Positions 36,512 to 36,538 of a stretch of DNA of 36,538 nucleotides are shown piece after piece (positions within the stretch are counted from its first letter, which is position 1; every line of letters begins with the position of its first letter). This DNA is from an uncultured Anaerolineaceae bacterium (lineage in GTDB: Bacteria > Chloroflexota > Dehalococcoidia > Tepidiformales > Tepidiformaceae). The stretch lies in the NCBI GenBank assembly GCA_964343095.1, contig CAYFHW010000001.1, forward strand, positions 1 to 36,538, given 5' to 3'. The position numbers and the translations under genes were made by a program. Below the pieces are notes generated by a model that saw nothing but the letters and a program-made list of their open reading frames with translations, was not told the DNA's origin and did no database searches.

Positions 36512-36538
36512 TTAACCATTGATATCCGTTTAAAACCC

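Overview
This is an AT-biased, very tightly packed chromosomal window that looks like core genome. I support about 34 protein genes and 2 tRNAs. I found no transposase, integrase, CRISPR array or long repeat. Chloroflexota (Dehalococcoidia/SAR202-like) origin is an inference, based on the DUF2298 Chlor_Arch_YYY / TIGR03663 membrane pair, the F420-type LLM and PPOX enzymes, and the compact gene spacing. Minus-strand string 11116->21: rnc-smc-ftsY, followed directly by three large polytopic membrane proteins of unknown function (DUF2298/YYY, TIGR03663 GT-C-like, UPF0104 flippase-like). Middle of the window: small Zn-finger and membrane miniproteins, LLM oxidoreductase, an orphan ORF coupled to nicotinamidase, CoA-transferase plus hydrolase, PPOX, tRNA-Gly(CCC), an orphan ORF, a P-loop kinase-like gene broken by one in-frame TGA, a stand-alone GltD-like flavoprotein, an MBL hydrolase and tRNA-Arg(TCT). 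Plus-strand operon 21262-26546: ino1, two PatA/HtrB-type acyltransferases, a PHP phosphoesterase, a PimA-like GT4 and a PIP-synthase-type CDP-alcohol phosphatidyltransferase. Together these form a complete acyl-phosphatidylinositol-mannoside-like glycolipid pathway, and the PHP protein is a candidate for the unassigned PIP phosphatase step. Right end: MA-type metalloprotease, prfB (with the classical +1 frameshift, reconstructed by hand), folD, acpS-nnr-fabF-recJ, and glutamine-dependent nadE, whose 5' end is interrupted by in-frame stops at the window edge. The two candidates for under-described biology are the membrane trio at 21-5729 and the inositol-lipid operon with its embedded PHP protein.
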